Below the pieces are notes generated by a model, which made no database searches, was not told the DNA's origin, and saw only the letters and a program-made list of their open reading frames with translations. From positions 18,476,001 to 18,540,000 of the forward strand of contig JBITNC010000001.1 of NCBI GenBank assembly GCA_050084985.1: 64,000 bases of DNA, written 5' to 3'. Positions 1 to 13,029 of the stretch are shown one piece after another; position 1 is the stretch's first letter; each line of letters starts with the position of its first letter. The stretch comes from Nageia nagi (taxonomy: Eukaryota > Plantae > Pinophyta). The position numbers and the translations under genes were made by a program.

Positions 1-874
1 TGTTTGGGTAAAAAGAATTCTCCCATTTGCTACACAAGAAAGTGAAAAATAATAAGTATGTGGTTTAATAAACAATATTACATGTTACATTTACTAAGAC
101 ATGCTTGATTTGATTTACAAGTGCAAATATTTTACAACACATACATCCCATGTAGCCAAATACTTTTGTCATCACATAGAATTGAAGATGTAGAGTGATA
201 TTGTTGAGTCTTGTTTTCTTCTCTGTAATTAGATTTTCATCTAGATGCCCACACAAGAGGAGTCCAAGTACTACCAATCCTCAACCAGTTCGCTTTGGTT
301 AGTATTATACTCTCACAAGGAGAAGTACCTACTATTTTTCAAGGTTATAACGTTTATTGGGTCGACCAAATTATTAATCTTGATTAGGTTTCAAGTTGTC
401 CTTCTAGGTTATCAAGATAATCCTTGAATGGACGTGTGGACATGTGGTATCACTACACACATGTCTATCCACCTATTGGAGTTATGTCTAAACCAACAAA
501 GGATTTAGGGGCAATTGAGAAGTACAAACTTTTTCCCATTTGGATCATTAGACTTACATGTTGCAGTTCGTTTGTCCTCACCTTATGGCTCACCAAACAA
601 GTCATGTTGTGGAATGTATGTGCGAATGTGTTCATTTTAGAGGGTTGCTCATATTAGTGTTTGCATTTTTGTTTGCATAAGCAAATAAATCAAAATGTGA
701 AACATGAAGTAAAGAGTAAGTAAAACATCATCCATTTAAAATTTGAAACTTAAGTGTTCAATGGGTTTTGTTTACTAACCTTTAAAGGATATTTTTACAT
801 CAATCCTAATTTTGCATAAGTCCATTCTTGCATAAAGAAGTAAATTGCGTCATAACTTAAGTTTTGAAGTAATA

Positions 875-1057
875 AGCATGATTTAAAAAAATAAGTTCTA
901 AGCATGCACTATTAACTTAAAATATTTAAGTCTTAGGCATGTACCTTTAACTTAAAATATTTAAGTCTTAAGCATTTAACTTAAAAAAATTAAATAAAAA
1001 CATGCATCATTAACTTAAAAAAAAAATCAAGTCCTAAGCATGTACCATTAACTTAAA
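875..1057. repeat. Degenerate ~35-bp tandem repeat in the copia leader
   Basis: About 5 units of AGCATGYACYATTAACTTAAAA..TTAAGTCYTA. Confidence 0.65.
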
Positions 1058-3193
1058 TTGCATTTATCTATCACTTTGCAAAAAATACTTAGCATGCATA
1101 AAAAATCAATAAACATGCATTATTATTTTTGCGTAAGTTACCAAATAGATATGCAATATTTTATCTAACATGCTAAAAAACTTAAGTAAAGAAATATAAA
1201 TTTCCTTTTTTACTTAAATAATAGCATTAAAAAAAAGCATTATGATAAATATCATGCTAAGTTAATTTTTAGAAATGCCAAGTTTATACCAAAAAAATTC
1301 CCACTTAATACTTAAGAGATAAATAAATTAGCCTCCTCTTAGGAAATTTACGCACTAAAAAAAGATAGTCATTCCATATTTGTATAAGGATCCATGATTT
1401 TAAGTAAATAATCATAAAAAATTTCCTTCTTTTTATTCAAAATCATGATCTTTTAAAAAAATAGCATTAGTAAAAAAAATGCTTTATCTAAAGAAGTTTA
1501 AGTAGTTAAAGTAGGATCTCTCAATAATTTGTCTCCCTTTTTTTCTTTAAGGCTAGAAATTACTTTCAAAGTACTAAGGAAAAGATAACCTTAGTATACT
1601 AAAGTGGTTTTTTTTTTAAATTCTTCTTCTAACCCTTTAAACATTTAGTAGAGATCTTTTAGAAAGTACTAACACTATCAAATCAAGTGTTTATTTTAAG
1701 CCTTAAAAAAATGCCAAAAAATTAAAGGACAAGCAATTAAAAAATCTTTTTAAAGATTTGCTACATTTTTCTTAAAAAAAAGCATTTAAGAGGAATGATG
1801 ACAAAAAAAATAATCATAACCAAGCATTAAATTTGAACTTAGAGTTTACTTCGACTCTAAAAACTTTTACTCCCTTAACACTCCAATGAATAGAAGATTC
1901 ATTAATGAATGACAAATTCATGACAAGATGGTAAAAAGAATGATAAAAAAAAATAGAAAGGTCACCCACCACAAGGACACAAATTAATGGAAAGAAACAA
2001 ACGTATGAATAACCACAAAGAAGGAGAATGCCCTCATTGCTTATCTTTTAGAGAAAAAAAATCTCGCAAGTCAAAAATGCAAAAAGGAGAGAAGAGGAGA
2101 GGGCGGGCAAATGAAATTGCCTGGTGAGGGTTTGCAACCGCGTGAAGGAGGTGGCGAAGCAGTGTGAGGGGTGCTCCATGGTGTGAAGGATGCTCCACGA
2201 CATGAAGGAGGAGGTGAAGTAGCATGAGAGGGTTACGACGGAAAACGAGAACATAGCATGTGAAGGGGCTATGGTCGGACGAGAGGAGAACACAACACAA
2301 AAAACCAGAGGGGGCCAACAACACAAAAGAAAAAAAGAACGTGTTGGTTGGGGTTTTGGAGGTCGATCATAGAGGGAAAAAAAGAGTCGGGAGGCTAGCA
2401 AGACTTGCAGGAATTGTGGGGCTGGTATCAGGAGCTTGTTTGAAGGGTTGCATTGCTGAGTGGCTACCACCAGTGCCACAACAAGAGAGGAAAAGAGGGC
2501 CGATGATGGAGGAGAATGTCGGTGGAGCTAACGTATTCTCAAAGGAGAATGGGGTTGGGAGGAGTGGTCGATCGACCAGTTGATTATTTTTAAAAAAATT
2601 CTATTTTGAAATAAAATACTCCACTCTTTTTGAAACATTAACAAATATCTTATCTATTATCTATTATATATATATATTTTTAAGAAATATTTGGTCTTAA
2701 CAAGAAAACTTATATAAAAAAGGTGGTTTTCCTTTTTTTTTTTTTAATATAAACTCCCATTTTTTAATGAAATGCAAACCATATTTTTGGAAAACAAAAT
2801 GGTAATTTTTGTTAAAAAAGATGTAATTACCTCCTTTATATTTTACACTAAAAAATTTGTGTAAAAAAAAATTGAAGTATTTTTAAAAGAAATTTCAAAT
2901 TTAACTATAACATATTATTGCCTATATAGACAATTTATCAAAAAATTGTAATTACCAAAAATAGTTTTAGTAAAAAAAAAACAATAACATGTAAGTATAT
3001 TTTTTTAAATAAAATGGATTAACTCATAACAATAAAAAAAATTGTTAGAATCATAATGAGATAATCCAAAAAAAAAGGAAGAAATTTATACTTATCTTAA
3101 GTTTACCTTAACAAGATCTAAATATTGAAGGAAGAAGACCTCTAAGTTGAATGAAGAAGATCTTCAAAATTTTGAAGAGGAACCTTCAAACTA

Positions 3194-3205
3194 GCTCTGA
3201 TACCA
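3194..3205 (-). promoter_or_regulatory. Primer binding site (tRNA-iMet)
   Basis: gctctgatacca on + = TGGTATCAGAGC, 2 nt from the LTR end. Confidence 0.9.
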
Positions 3206-3707
3206 AATGAGAGAATTGAATTATAATAAGAACAACTCTAAACTTCCAAGATCACATGAAAGCTTACAATACACATCGAACAAACTCACAAAGCAATCTT
3301 TCAAAGATAACACAAGATGTAAGTGATTCCTCCAACTAGGAGTACATCTACTAATTAGATCTCATTTCATTCATAAACATGAATCTCTTACAATTTTTCT
3401 AATTTATCTTCTAAACACTATCCTATAGCATGGTGTTACTTCACAAATTGGTATGTGATCACAAAGAGGGAGCCTTCTATTCATAGGTCAAAATCTCTCT
3501 TTGGATCACTCTTTTATCCAATGTACAAAAGCATGACATGCATATCCTTTTACCTAAGGGGCACACACATGATATGGAGTGTAGGACAAGTTATATTATC
3601 ATATTCACTTATATATTTAAGGTATCAAATGATACCTTTAAGTATTAATGAACTTACATAGAAGATTATTACATAACTTTAACAATAATGCATTATACAT
3701 TCCAAGA

Positions 3708-6378
3708 GAGATTCCAATGTTTGCCAAGCTAATGTAGTATCTCCATGATAGCTGCAACTAGTGTAGCAACATCAACTTCATCGAAAGCATCCTCATACAT
3801 CAAAGAGTCTTCATCATAAGATGATATAACTTCAAAATGTGCACAAAGGATGGAAAAATCTGTGTGAGGAGATGGCAGTGCATCCCAGTCTACAGGTGGC
3901 AATATGTCGCCATAAATAGTGTCAATGGTGTATCTGATAATAGCACAGACATAACATGATCTAGGGTACAAAAAACCCGACCCAGATGTGTTAGGGCAAG
4001 GATCAGGAATTTCACCAAGAAGATATGACAAAAGTTCAACTAAGCGCAAATACCCCACAAGACTGTTTTGCCGTGCTGGATATTAATCAAAGCTAGTGCA
4101 AGGAGTGATGGGAAGTGTTGAAAGATTCCACTTAAGATCCAACATAGGTGACCTGCAAAGACACCAATGTAGATGCTGAACTATGAAAAAGTTACCAAAA
4201 GAAATCTCCTTGAAACAAAGTGTCTCACCAAAGAGAGTGAGAAGACATGATGGAAAAGAAGCATCATAATCACAATTATAGTCCACCTCAAAGGAACTTC
4301 ATATGCACAAGGGTGTACAAGGGTGTGATGTTCACCTATGCAAACACAATGGGTTGATAACAAAGTTAAAAAAATTGGACAAATAATCAAAGAGTGAGTA
4401 GTACTTTATAAATGTAGTCAGTAGGATCAAAAAATAATCTCCCCTGAGAAGAAGTCCCCCACAAAAAAATGCCTTTATAGAATAGGTTTACAATCATGTT
4501 TTCTCTGCTCCGCAATGCAAAAAAACAACATTCAAAATGGAGTTCGTATGCAAAAGTTATGCAACTAATTCGATTGAATTGAAGGATAAAAATTTAATTT
4601 TTGAACCCCTAAATTAAAATCAATTAATTCAATTAATATTTAAATTGCAGAACTTCAAACTGAGATTTCAGGCAGAGGGAGAAGCCCAAATGTGCTGCTA
4701 CTTATTTCGTTCAGGACGAAAAGAAGAACCCAGATCTGCTGACGGGATGATGATTGAATCTTAGTAGCTCCGGTTATAGCCAAAAAAACATCAGTGTGAA
4801 AAAATGTTAGAATGAAAAAAAGTGACAGAGTGGCAGACCACAGACCAGTCAGCAATGAAAGGGCACGCCACAACAGTAAATCACACCAAGGCACCCAGTC
4901 AGCAAAGGGGATGTGCAGTCAGCGTACACAGTCAGCACGTGGGCTCCATGCCATGTCAGTCTTGAAAATCATTAAGAGGGGGACTTGAAGAGTGCGTCAG
5001 GTTGAAAGGAGCCCGTGAGGGCTGAAAGGCCCACGGAAGGAGCTTCTGAGGGCTCGCTTGATCCACACCACACACCAAACCCGCGCAGCAGTCACACAAA
5101 GCAACAGTCGTCCGCCAAAAATAGGGTGATCGCCCTGAGGAGTTTGAAGCAGAGGGGTGTCCAAGAACTTTCAGCAGATCTCCTCCTGAGGAAAATGTTA
5201 CACGGAAGAGAAAGAACAAATTCGTTGCCACCAGGAACGTCTCAAACGCTCACGACCCACCAAGATGTCACGCACGCTGGCTGCAGATCTTCAAACACGC
5301 AACCCATACATGCTGTCCACGGAATTATTTATCAAAGATCCTCGCCAGAAATGTCAGTTTCTTGGACTGCAATGATCAACGGTGTCGTAGAGAGGATGTA
5401 GAAACACGCCAAGGAGACCAAACATCTCCTTGATGGAGCATACAATGAAACCTCCAAGCGCAGATTAAGTGTAGCTTGAAAAGTGCAGGAAGTGCACAGG
5501 CCAGAGAGACGGGTGCGCTGTTGCAGATTAATTCTCCTTTCCGTTGCAGCTGCAGAGGTGAGGCGTACAGCCAGGAAGATCACAAAACACCAAGCGTGGA
5601 GGCGGAACAACGCCTGTGGGAGGCAGCGATGCTACCGTCTAATTTGAAAGGGCAGAAAACGCAACACAAAGGCCACGATTTCCAACCATAAAGAACATTG
5701 GAGTGTTGGTGGAGATGGGAACTTGCGTAAGGGCCCATCAAGAGCCAATAGCTGGTGAATGTGTGATCGTGGGTGCCCTTCAGATATGTTCGCAAAATGT
5801 GGATGTAGAAAAGTCACGTTATTTGAAAGCAAATACAGATCCGATAGCAGCTCGTCCGTCAGAAGTCACGGATGATCATCAAGCTAGACTACGAATAGAG
5901 ATCTGCAGGAGAGTGCGGTGGAGAGACTGCAGACACAAGGCGGCCACTATATGGTACTAAACACCCACGAAATGCAAGCAGGAGTCCGCAAAGAGAACTG
6001 TGGCTGGGAAAATAGAGATTTGAAGCCTAGGCGAGAACAAAGGATGTCCAGCACTGTAAAAAATCAGTCACCGTATTTCCAACCTGCATCCACTAGATCA
6101 ACACGCCTACGTGTCCAAGCAGAACACATATAGATGCCACAATGCAGACACTGTTTCTGGACGACAATGATCACAGGATAATCACAGATGTTGCAGATCT
6201 AAACAACCTCCTCCAAAATGCCCAGTAGATGTGGATGATCCCCACAAAATACATGCAATGATTCGTAACAAGAATTTGTTAGAATCCTAAACAAGCTAGG
6301 AAAATGATAGAAATATAATCCTTAATATCTTAGTAAAACTTAAGTAAATATTATACCTAAGTATTATATACTCTAACA
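3708..6378. mobile_element. Remnant of another probable LTR retroelement ending in a short (102-bp) LTR-like unit at 6277-6378
   Basis: 6277-6378 has inverted termini TGTTAGA...TCTAACA. The internal region is GC/CpG-rich with repeated CAGTCAGC motifs (~4845-4960). No PBS, TSD or recognisable protein domain was seen. Confidence 0.45.
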
Positions 6379-6780
6379 AGCCCTGCAATACAATATTTCA
6401 TCACCAGTGTGGTTTTGCACAAATGCATTTCAATTTTATGATATGCTAGTCGTCAATGTTTTATGCTTTGCAAGATGTCTAATAAATTGTACATAAGGAT
6501 TATTTTCTCTGTTAGTATGTTTAGTCCAAGATTTTCTTGAATGTACTAGACAAGGAATCATGCCCACCTTCAATTGGACTTGTATGTTATCTTTTTCATA
6601 CAATTCTAAAAGAAGATTCATTATTTTCAGGGTTATGTGATTGAATATGAATTGTCATATAGATTCTTGATTGCTGTACCGTAAAACAAAACATTTTTAT
6701 GTAGAATCTGGGGCTTCTTAACATTTTTGCATTAGAAAGTTATGGCAAGCTAAATTTGATTGTCTATGACATCTAAACAG

Positions 6781-6962
6781 GGTCGGCAGAGTTTGGGTCA
6801 TAATGAAGCATGGATCAATATGAAAGCAATACAAGAGACATTTGCAAGGAATTTCAAGGCATATTCTCATCTTCGAGGAAAAAATTGGGTTGTACGCTCA
6901 GGTTTACAGTTTGGTGCAGATTTTGTTGCTTATCGTCATCATCCGTCTCTTGTTCACTCAGA
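6781..6962 (+). CDS. SEN2: tRNA-splicing endonuclease subunit Sen2, internal coding exon (upstream exons outside the window)
   Basis: CAG acceptor at 6778-6780 and GA|GTAAGG donor. Encodes FKAYSHLRGKNWVVRSGLQFGADFVAYRHHPSLVHSE, the EndA catalytic-domain motif with the catalytic Tyr and His 8 residues apart. Confidence 0.93.
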
Positions 6963-7750
6963 GTAAGGTTCTTTATGCTTGTTGCTTTGTCTCATCTTCC
7001 AAAGGCATCAAATTAGAGTGGTACTTGTTCTGTGTTAAACATTTTAAAAATTCACATGTTATTCACTTTGCAAAAGATGCAACATTTTTTTTATCTATTT
7101 TTTATAGGCTGCCTGCTTGTAAGTTTGACTGAGCACTTGTCATCCAGTGAGAGTTCATATGGATCAACCACTGAAATGTGATAAATTCCCTAGAACTTAA
7201 CTTTTGGACTTCCAAAAGATGCTTATAGTCTCGAATTCATGAGTTCTACGGTCAATCTGGCACTCCTGTTGTAAAACTACAGTGGTATGGTGGATTTTTT
7301 GTGTTTTTATACCAGTTCAATGTAATCATAGGATAATATATGACAATCTTTATGGGATTTTCATCATTTGATTTTTGATTGGATTTTCACAAGTTTGATG
7401 TTATTGAAAAAGCTGAGCGCCATCTCCATTGTTTCTAGAATCTTATAGATTTGGAGCATGAGGCTTGATTTGTAAAACAAATTTCTGCTGATTGCTCTAG
7501 TAAAGCCATGCTTTGTATGTGCTTATGTATCTTTTTTCGTTGGATGCTCCATTTCTTGTGGTAGTTCTTATTTCTCAAAACATATATGGATCTTTATATG
7601 GCTTTGGATGCAAGAGAATATATGATTGTAATTATTGATTTCAAAACTTACACGAGTCATTTGAAAAATGAGCTGTTTCATTGTTTGGAATTTATTATCA
7701 GTATTTTTGGATAATCATATTTGTCTAAAATGAATGTTTTCATTGAACAG

Positions 7751-7853
7751 ATATGCGGTTATTGTTTCTTCTGAAACTGATGACAAACGAGCTAGACTAA
7801 CAACATGGTCTGACTGGCAATCAATGCTTCGCCTGTGTGGCAGTGTTGCCAAG
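7751..7853 (+). CDS. SEN2: Sen2 penultimate coding exon
   Basis: GAACAG| acceptor and AAG|GTACC donor, phase-compatible with the previous exon (GA+A = Glu). Encodes YAVIVSSETDDKRARLTTWSDWQSMLRLCGSVAK with the catalytic Lys. Not in the ORF track. Confidence 0.92.
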
Positions 7854-7942
7854 GTACCTATTTTCTCATGCATTTTTGAAGTTGAACTTCAACCTTAGGG
7901 GAATAATTTGGTGGCTTGTTCATTCCTATGCTTATTACGCAG

Positions 7943-8098
7943 ACATTGTTGCTCTTAAGCATTGTGCCCAAAAGCAATGAGATTGAAGAAGCATCACCAG
8001 CATGCTTGGACAGTTACCATGTCGAAGAATTTGAAATCAAAAGATGGATTCCAGAGAAGCACAGAGAGGATGTCCAATTAGTGAAGGATAAGAATTAG
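7943..8098 (+). CDS. SEN2: Sen2 last coding exon
   Basis: TTACGCAG| acceptor. Encodes TLLLLSIVP...CLDSYHVEEFEIKRWIPEKHREDVQLVKDKN*, typical of the plant Sen2 C-terminus. Confidence 0.92.
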   Translation, partial: TLLLLSIVPKSNEIEEASPACLDSYHVEEFEIKRWIPEKHREDVQLVKDKN

Positions 8099-9419
8099 CA
8101 AATTTGAATTCAAGTTATAGTGAGGTATCTCTTATGATTACATTATCATATATTATTTCTCATGTTTCAATAGGGGAATGAAATCTGTCAAGGAGGAGAA
8201 ATTATTAAACTATAGCTTTGTGAAGAAACATTTCAGCAAGTGCATCTTATCAGATGTATGACTGCTGGATAAAGCTGAATCTGTATAAAATAATGGTGTT
8301 ATAATTATATCTTGTATCAAAATAATTAGTGCAACACTGAATGGCTTTTTTGGCTAGCACCTTGCTGTGAAGGTATCACAAGATCAGCTGTTTCTTTAAG
8401 GCTTGATGACTGCATCCTGGTCTAATTCAGAAACGTTTAAATTCCCCAGTTACACAATCAAAATTTCTGGTGGTCAAGTATTTGAACCACACAATCCATC
8501 GTGAACATGCGTGGTTTAGCAGAATCAGATGTACATTATTAGCACACATCTTGTAAAACTGCCTGTATTTTCATCTGCGATCAATTTAGTATTGCATGCT
8601 GCTGTGAATATCCTGAGAGAAGGGTTGAAGGCTCAGAAACCATGGAAGGTGGGATCCAGCCTAAAGAATTTGTCAGATTTTGGAATGACAATACATTATC
8701 AAAATCCAAAGACACGTTTTACATTCTCCTTCGTCACCTGTAGTACTGATCAGAAGGTCAATACAATCAAAATATGTTAACCCATGATATATTTTTCTAA
8801 CACATTTTCTATGGTGATCAGTGTTGTGATCACATACGATTGATGAGCACGATTGGGATGTCAAGATATTTATATGCAAATAAAGGCGCAGATATATTCT
8901 GAAACACTTAGTGAATGTTTATTTGCAAGCTATTGTCGGTATTCATGATTAAGGAGTGAGATTGCTGGACAGGTATCCAGGAACCATAAACAATGCGATT
9001 CAGCCTAAACAATTTGTCACAAATTTAGAATCTGAATACATCATCACAATCCACCTGTAGTGGACCAGAAGTTTTATACACCCACTCTATGTCAACCCAT
9101 GACATTTTTCAGACTTTCTGGTCTACAATATATTAGTAAATACCTGGGACCATCATAAGATCATAAACTTTTAAATATATATGAGAGATGTCCGTATCTC
9201 GCAGCATAAATAAGATTAAGGTACTCCAATATGAAACCGACAGAAAATAGTGCTTTTTTTGAAACTTAAAATCATCTAAACACCGCAAATTATAGTTCTT
9301 GAATGTTACATGGAATATATGCATGCCTCTCATTGAGTGAACAACATCAATATACGGAACTACGATTAGTTTTACTTAAATAATTACTGGATGGCCGTAT
9401 CAAAGTGTTACAAGCCTCA

Positions 9420-11120
9420 ATAGTGTGTACAATTTTTATTCAAGCCTCTATATTGTGAAAATACCAATTTTTTCACCCCACCTTAAACACACCAAGATCT
9501 TCCCAGATTAAGGATATAGCTATTGATCAACACACTACAGTAACAGATGAGGAACAAGTAAAAAAGGAAATAGTAGAGTTCTTAAAAAAAGATTGAGAAA
9601 TGAAGGTGAGACAAGTGTGAAGGATATGGAAGGGGTTTCAAGAAACATTTCAAAATTGGTAACCACATCTATGAATATATCTTTGAATAAACAATTGTGA
9701 GAAGAAGAAATCAAATATGTATTTTTTTCAATGAAAAGGATAAGGCCTCAGGATTAAATGGATTTCTTGGAGGATCCTTCTAGAATTGTTGGGATATTGT
9801 TGAAATAGAGGTTATGAAAAATATTTGGGAAGCTCAAAAGAATGAAAGAGTGGACAAAGATTGAAGAGCACCACCTTAGTTTTATTAAGAAAGAAATTCG
9901 ATGTTTAACTCATTGAACAATTTCAGATCAATTAGCCTGTGTAATGTAGTATACAAGATTCTAACAAAGGCATTAGGAATCAAATTAAGAAAGATTCTTC
10001 CTCTTATAATATATAACATCAGCACAACTTTGTCAATTTATGCCAAATCCTAAATAGAAGTGGAATAGCTCATGAAACACTCCACTTTCTTAAGAAAAAT
10101 AAACAAACCGGAATGTTACTAAAACTAGATATTAACAAACAATATGACAAAGTATTATGAAGTTTTTGGACAATTTTAGAGAAATTTGGATTCACTAGCT
10201 GTTGGAGAAGATTTGTAGGGAGTTGTATTTCATCAATATAATTTTCCATTGTAATCAATAGATTTGTGGGAGGATACTTCAGCAGTTCAAGGGGTTTAAG
10301 ACAAGGTGATCGTGATCCTGGCGAAGGCCCTAGGGAGATTAGTGGATGCAATCAAGAGAGAACTAAATAACATGCCTATAGATAATGAGTAAAATTTCTA
10401 ACCTTATATCCAATTTGTTGATACTATGATCTTAGGAATAACATCTTTAGTTGAAGCTAAAGCTTTAAAACTAGCCTTGAACAAATACAAGAAGCTTTAG
10501 CCCAATCTGTTAAATATGAGAAAACTTGCATTTATTCTATGAACACCCTAGTGAGAAGACAAAACAAGATCAAGAATCTCATGAGATGCAATAGTGAAAA
10601 TTTGTTGTTTTTATACCTAGGCTTGTCTTTGTTTGAAGGACAATTAGAGACATTCCATTGGGATATAGTAGTAGAAAAACTTCATAGGAAAATAGGTTCA
10701 TGGGGAAGTAATTTTCTTAGTTAGGCAAGGAAGGTTCAATTGATCTAGTACACACTTTAGAGTATGCCAATTTATATGTTATCAATGTTCAAAATCCTAG
10801 CCAATTTATATGTTATCAATGTTCAAAATCCTAGCCAAAGTTGCAAATAGAATTGAAACCATTTGCATGAATTTCTTATGGGAGGCATGAAGTAAAGAAA
10901 ATGATATCATCTAATGATTTGTGAGATAGTTTGTCTATCAAAATTTCATGGAGGTTTGAGGCTCAAGAATTTCATAATATTGAGCAAGGCTATGGTTGCA
11001 AAATTGATGTGGAGAATAGTCAATTCAATTGGAGAGCTACGGGCGGAGGTACTAAAAGTTAAATATCTTCAAAATAGAGACCCAACATCAATACTTACAG
11101 AGAAATATAATAAGTGATGG
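9420..11120 (+). mobile_element. Degenerate L1-type LINE ORF2 (reverse transcriptase) fragment
   Basis: Frameshifted motifs in order: FRSISLCNVVYKILTK (~9921), KLDINKQYDK (~10121), SSRGLRQGD (~10284), QFVD (~10411), YLGL (~10614), GGLRLK (~10950). Confidence 0.9.
10766..10838. repeat. Perfect 34-bp tandem duplication within the LINE
   Basis: GCCAATTTATATGTTATCAATGTTCAAAATCCTA x2 followed by GCCAA. Confidence 0.9.
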
Positions 11121-11129
11121 CTATGTAGT

Positions 11130-13029
11130 ATGGACTCATCTACATGAAGGTGTTAGCACTCTTAGGAACAAACATTTGTTGGACAGTGCATAAACATTAC
11201 TAGGGTGTGCTTCATATGCTTTGGATGCACCACATGCATTACGAGGTTGTCCAGAACTACCTTAAGTCTCCTGGTTCAGTTTCTGGGGTGCCATCTCTTC
11301 CCTAACATAAGATAAGTTAACTTTTGGTTTTTGTTTTATTGAGACTAACAAGTAAAGCTTACAATTTGGCTCTGATACCAACTATAAGGACCCAATCTCA
11401 ACACTTAAGGTAAATTCCTACTTAAACACCCAATTCATAACATTTGAGGGATGAGCACATTTTTTTTTTAAAAGTTTAAACTAATTAATTAAAAAACAAT
11501 TAAATGCTGAATGTGTTAGAAGTTACTTGTGAATCTTATGATATATTTATCACAATCTTGCTAGCATTGGTTCCAAGCCAAGTCATACATGAGTCTAGAA
11601 GTCTTCTTAACTATATACAATTTCTTGTTTATTAACGTAACTCATTAATAACAACCACGTCTTGCCTTTGTATATTCCTCTAAATATTGTTTCGCATAAC
11701 CCGCTAGCAACCTTTTCTTGAACATAGTGATTTCTTGATGGTATCATATACTTTACTCATATTTCTATCCATCGTCATATCATGACAATTTAATACTTCA
11801 AGGTCCATACGAATCCAAATGAGGATCTCAATTATCTTAACATAACTCACCTTTATAATCCTTATCCTCAAGATGAATAATCATGCCTTTATTTTATAGT
11901 GTTGGCTAAATTTACAACTTAAATTTAAACATCATAATCAAGAACCCAATATGATTTATAAGTAAATCATTCCCAACAAGAGATAGTAGTCTATCTCTTT
12001 TTTATCATATTCATTTTATTATCTTTTCTCAACCTCAAATATTTGCTCAAACTTTGATGCGTATAGGCAAGGGAGTTAGGTCCTAAGCATCATATTGCAA
12101 TTGCATAAAATAAAGTAATAACAACTTGATTTAAATACTAACATTGCATTTATAATTAAAAATTATACAACATCCATAAAGTAAAAGTACTCAAATAATA
12201 AATACCACTTTATTAAATAGAGAAAGTACTTTAAGGCATAAAACAATTATCCATAATTACTTAAATCATCTTCATTTCAATCTTCTAATGGTTGAGCAAT
12301 AACACCTATTACAAGTTTTAAGAAATCAATATAAATTCTTCACAAAAGCAAGAAGAAGATATCAATCAACTTAAATTGAACACGAAATCCCTTGAATGGA
12401 TTTGGATCATAACAACCTTTCTTTTTCCCTATCATGCAACTACATGTTTTTTGAAGGAAAAAGAACACAAAAGCAACACTTCTTTTTCTAGATTTTAAGC
12501 ATTGTTCCTAAAACTCATCTTTTCAAACTAATCTCAAGTAAAACAATAATTCTCTTAAAATAAATTTATCTATATTACTTTATAAGACTAATTTCAATTT
12601 TCTTGATCTAATAAACTCCTATTTTAAAAATATACAAGATCATTCAAAACATACCAAAATCCTTTTCCTAGTGTTTCCTATTTAATTCATCCATAAAAAC
12701 AACACTATGAATTTAAGATAATTTTCAATTATTTTAATTCTTTCTCAAAATAAAAATATCTCTTTTATTTTTCTCTAAAAATTAAAACACTTTAATAATA
12801 TATCTTATAATATATTATCATCAATAAAATTCTCATAAATATATATATATTTTGCTCTTATAATAAAATCTTTATTACTTTAAATAAAAAATATCCATTT
12901 CAATTCAATAGAATGACAACAATTTTATTAATTTCGAAATCAAAATAAAAACAAACTCTTTCATTTATTTATTTAGAAACATAAAACACTAATGAATTTT
13001 ATTAATCTAAAATATAATAGACATCAACA
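11130..13029 (-). mobile_element. Truncated LTR retrotransposon (probably Ty3/gypsy chromovirus-like): 5' LTR ~11383-13029, PBS-iMet 11369-11380, start of gag
   Basis: gctctgatacca at 11369-11380 is followed by the decayed LTR terminus T(A/G)TAAGGACCC. The minus strand reads MAPQKLNQE ~75 nt after the PBS. The right LTR boundary is uncertain (13029 or 13697). Confidence 0.6.

Larger units (their letters stand above)
1..3707 (-). mobile_element. Ty1/copia LTR retrotransposon, 5' part (5' LTR 3208-3707, PBS, ~3.2-kb leader, gag ATG at 26 running off the window); lies in a SEN2 intron
   Basis: Reverse-strand PBS TGGTATCAGAGC (tRNA-iMet) at 3194-3205 abuts a 500-bp LTR alignable to the LTRs at 33996-34497 and 41929-42431. 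Leader block ~245-660 aligns with ~39420-39840. ATG at 26-24 gives MGEFFLPKH, matching the gag start of the copy at 39139. Confidence 0.9.

Noticed and set aside
875-1057. CRISPR-like array
   Set aside because: Adjacent degenerate units without unique spacers, eukaryotic context, no cas genes.
3729-4058. 109-aa minus-strand ORF as a host gene
   Set aside because: No recognisable domain, non-ATG start, lies in a TE remnant within an intron.
8099-9400. Extra exons or a separate small gene downstream of SEN2
   Set aside because: Some GT/AG sites and retained CpG, but no coherent reading frame; most simply 3' UTR and flank.
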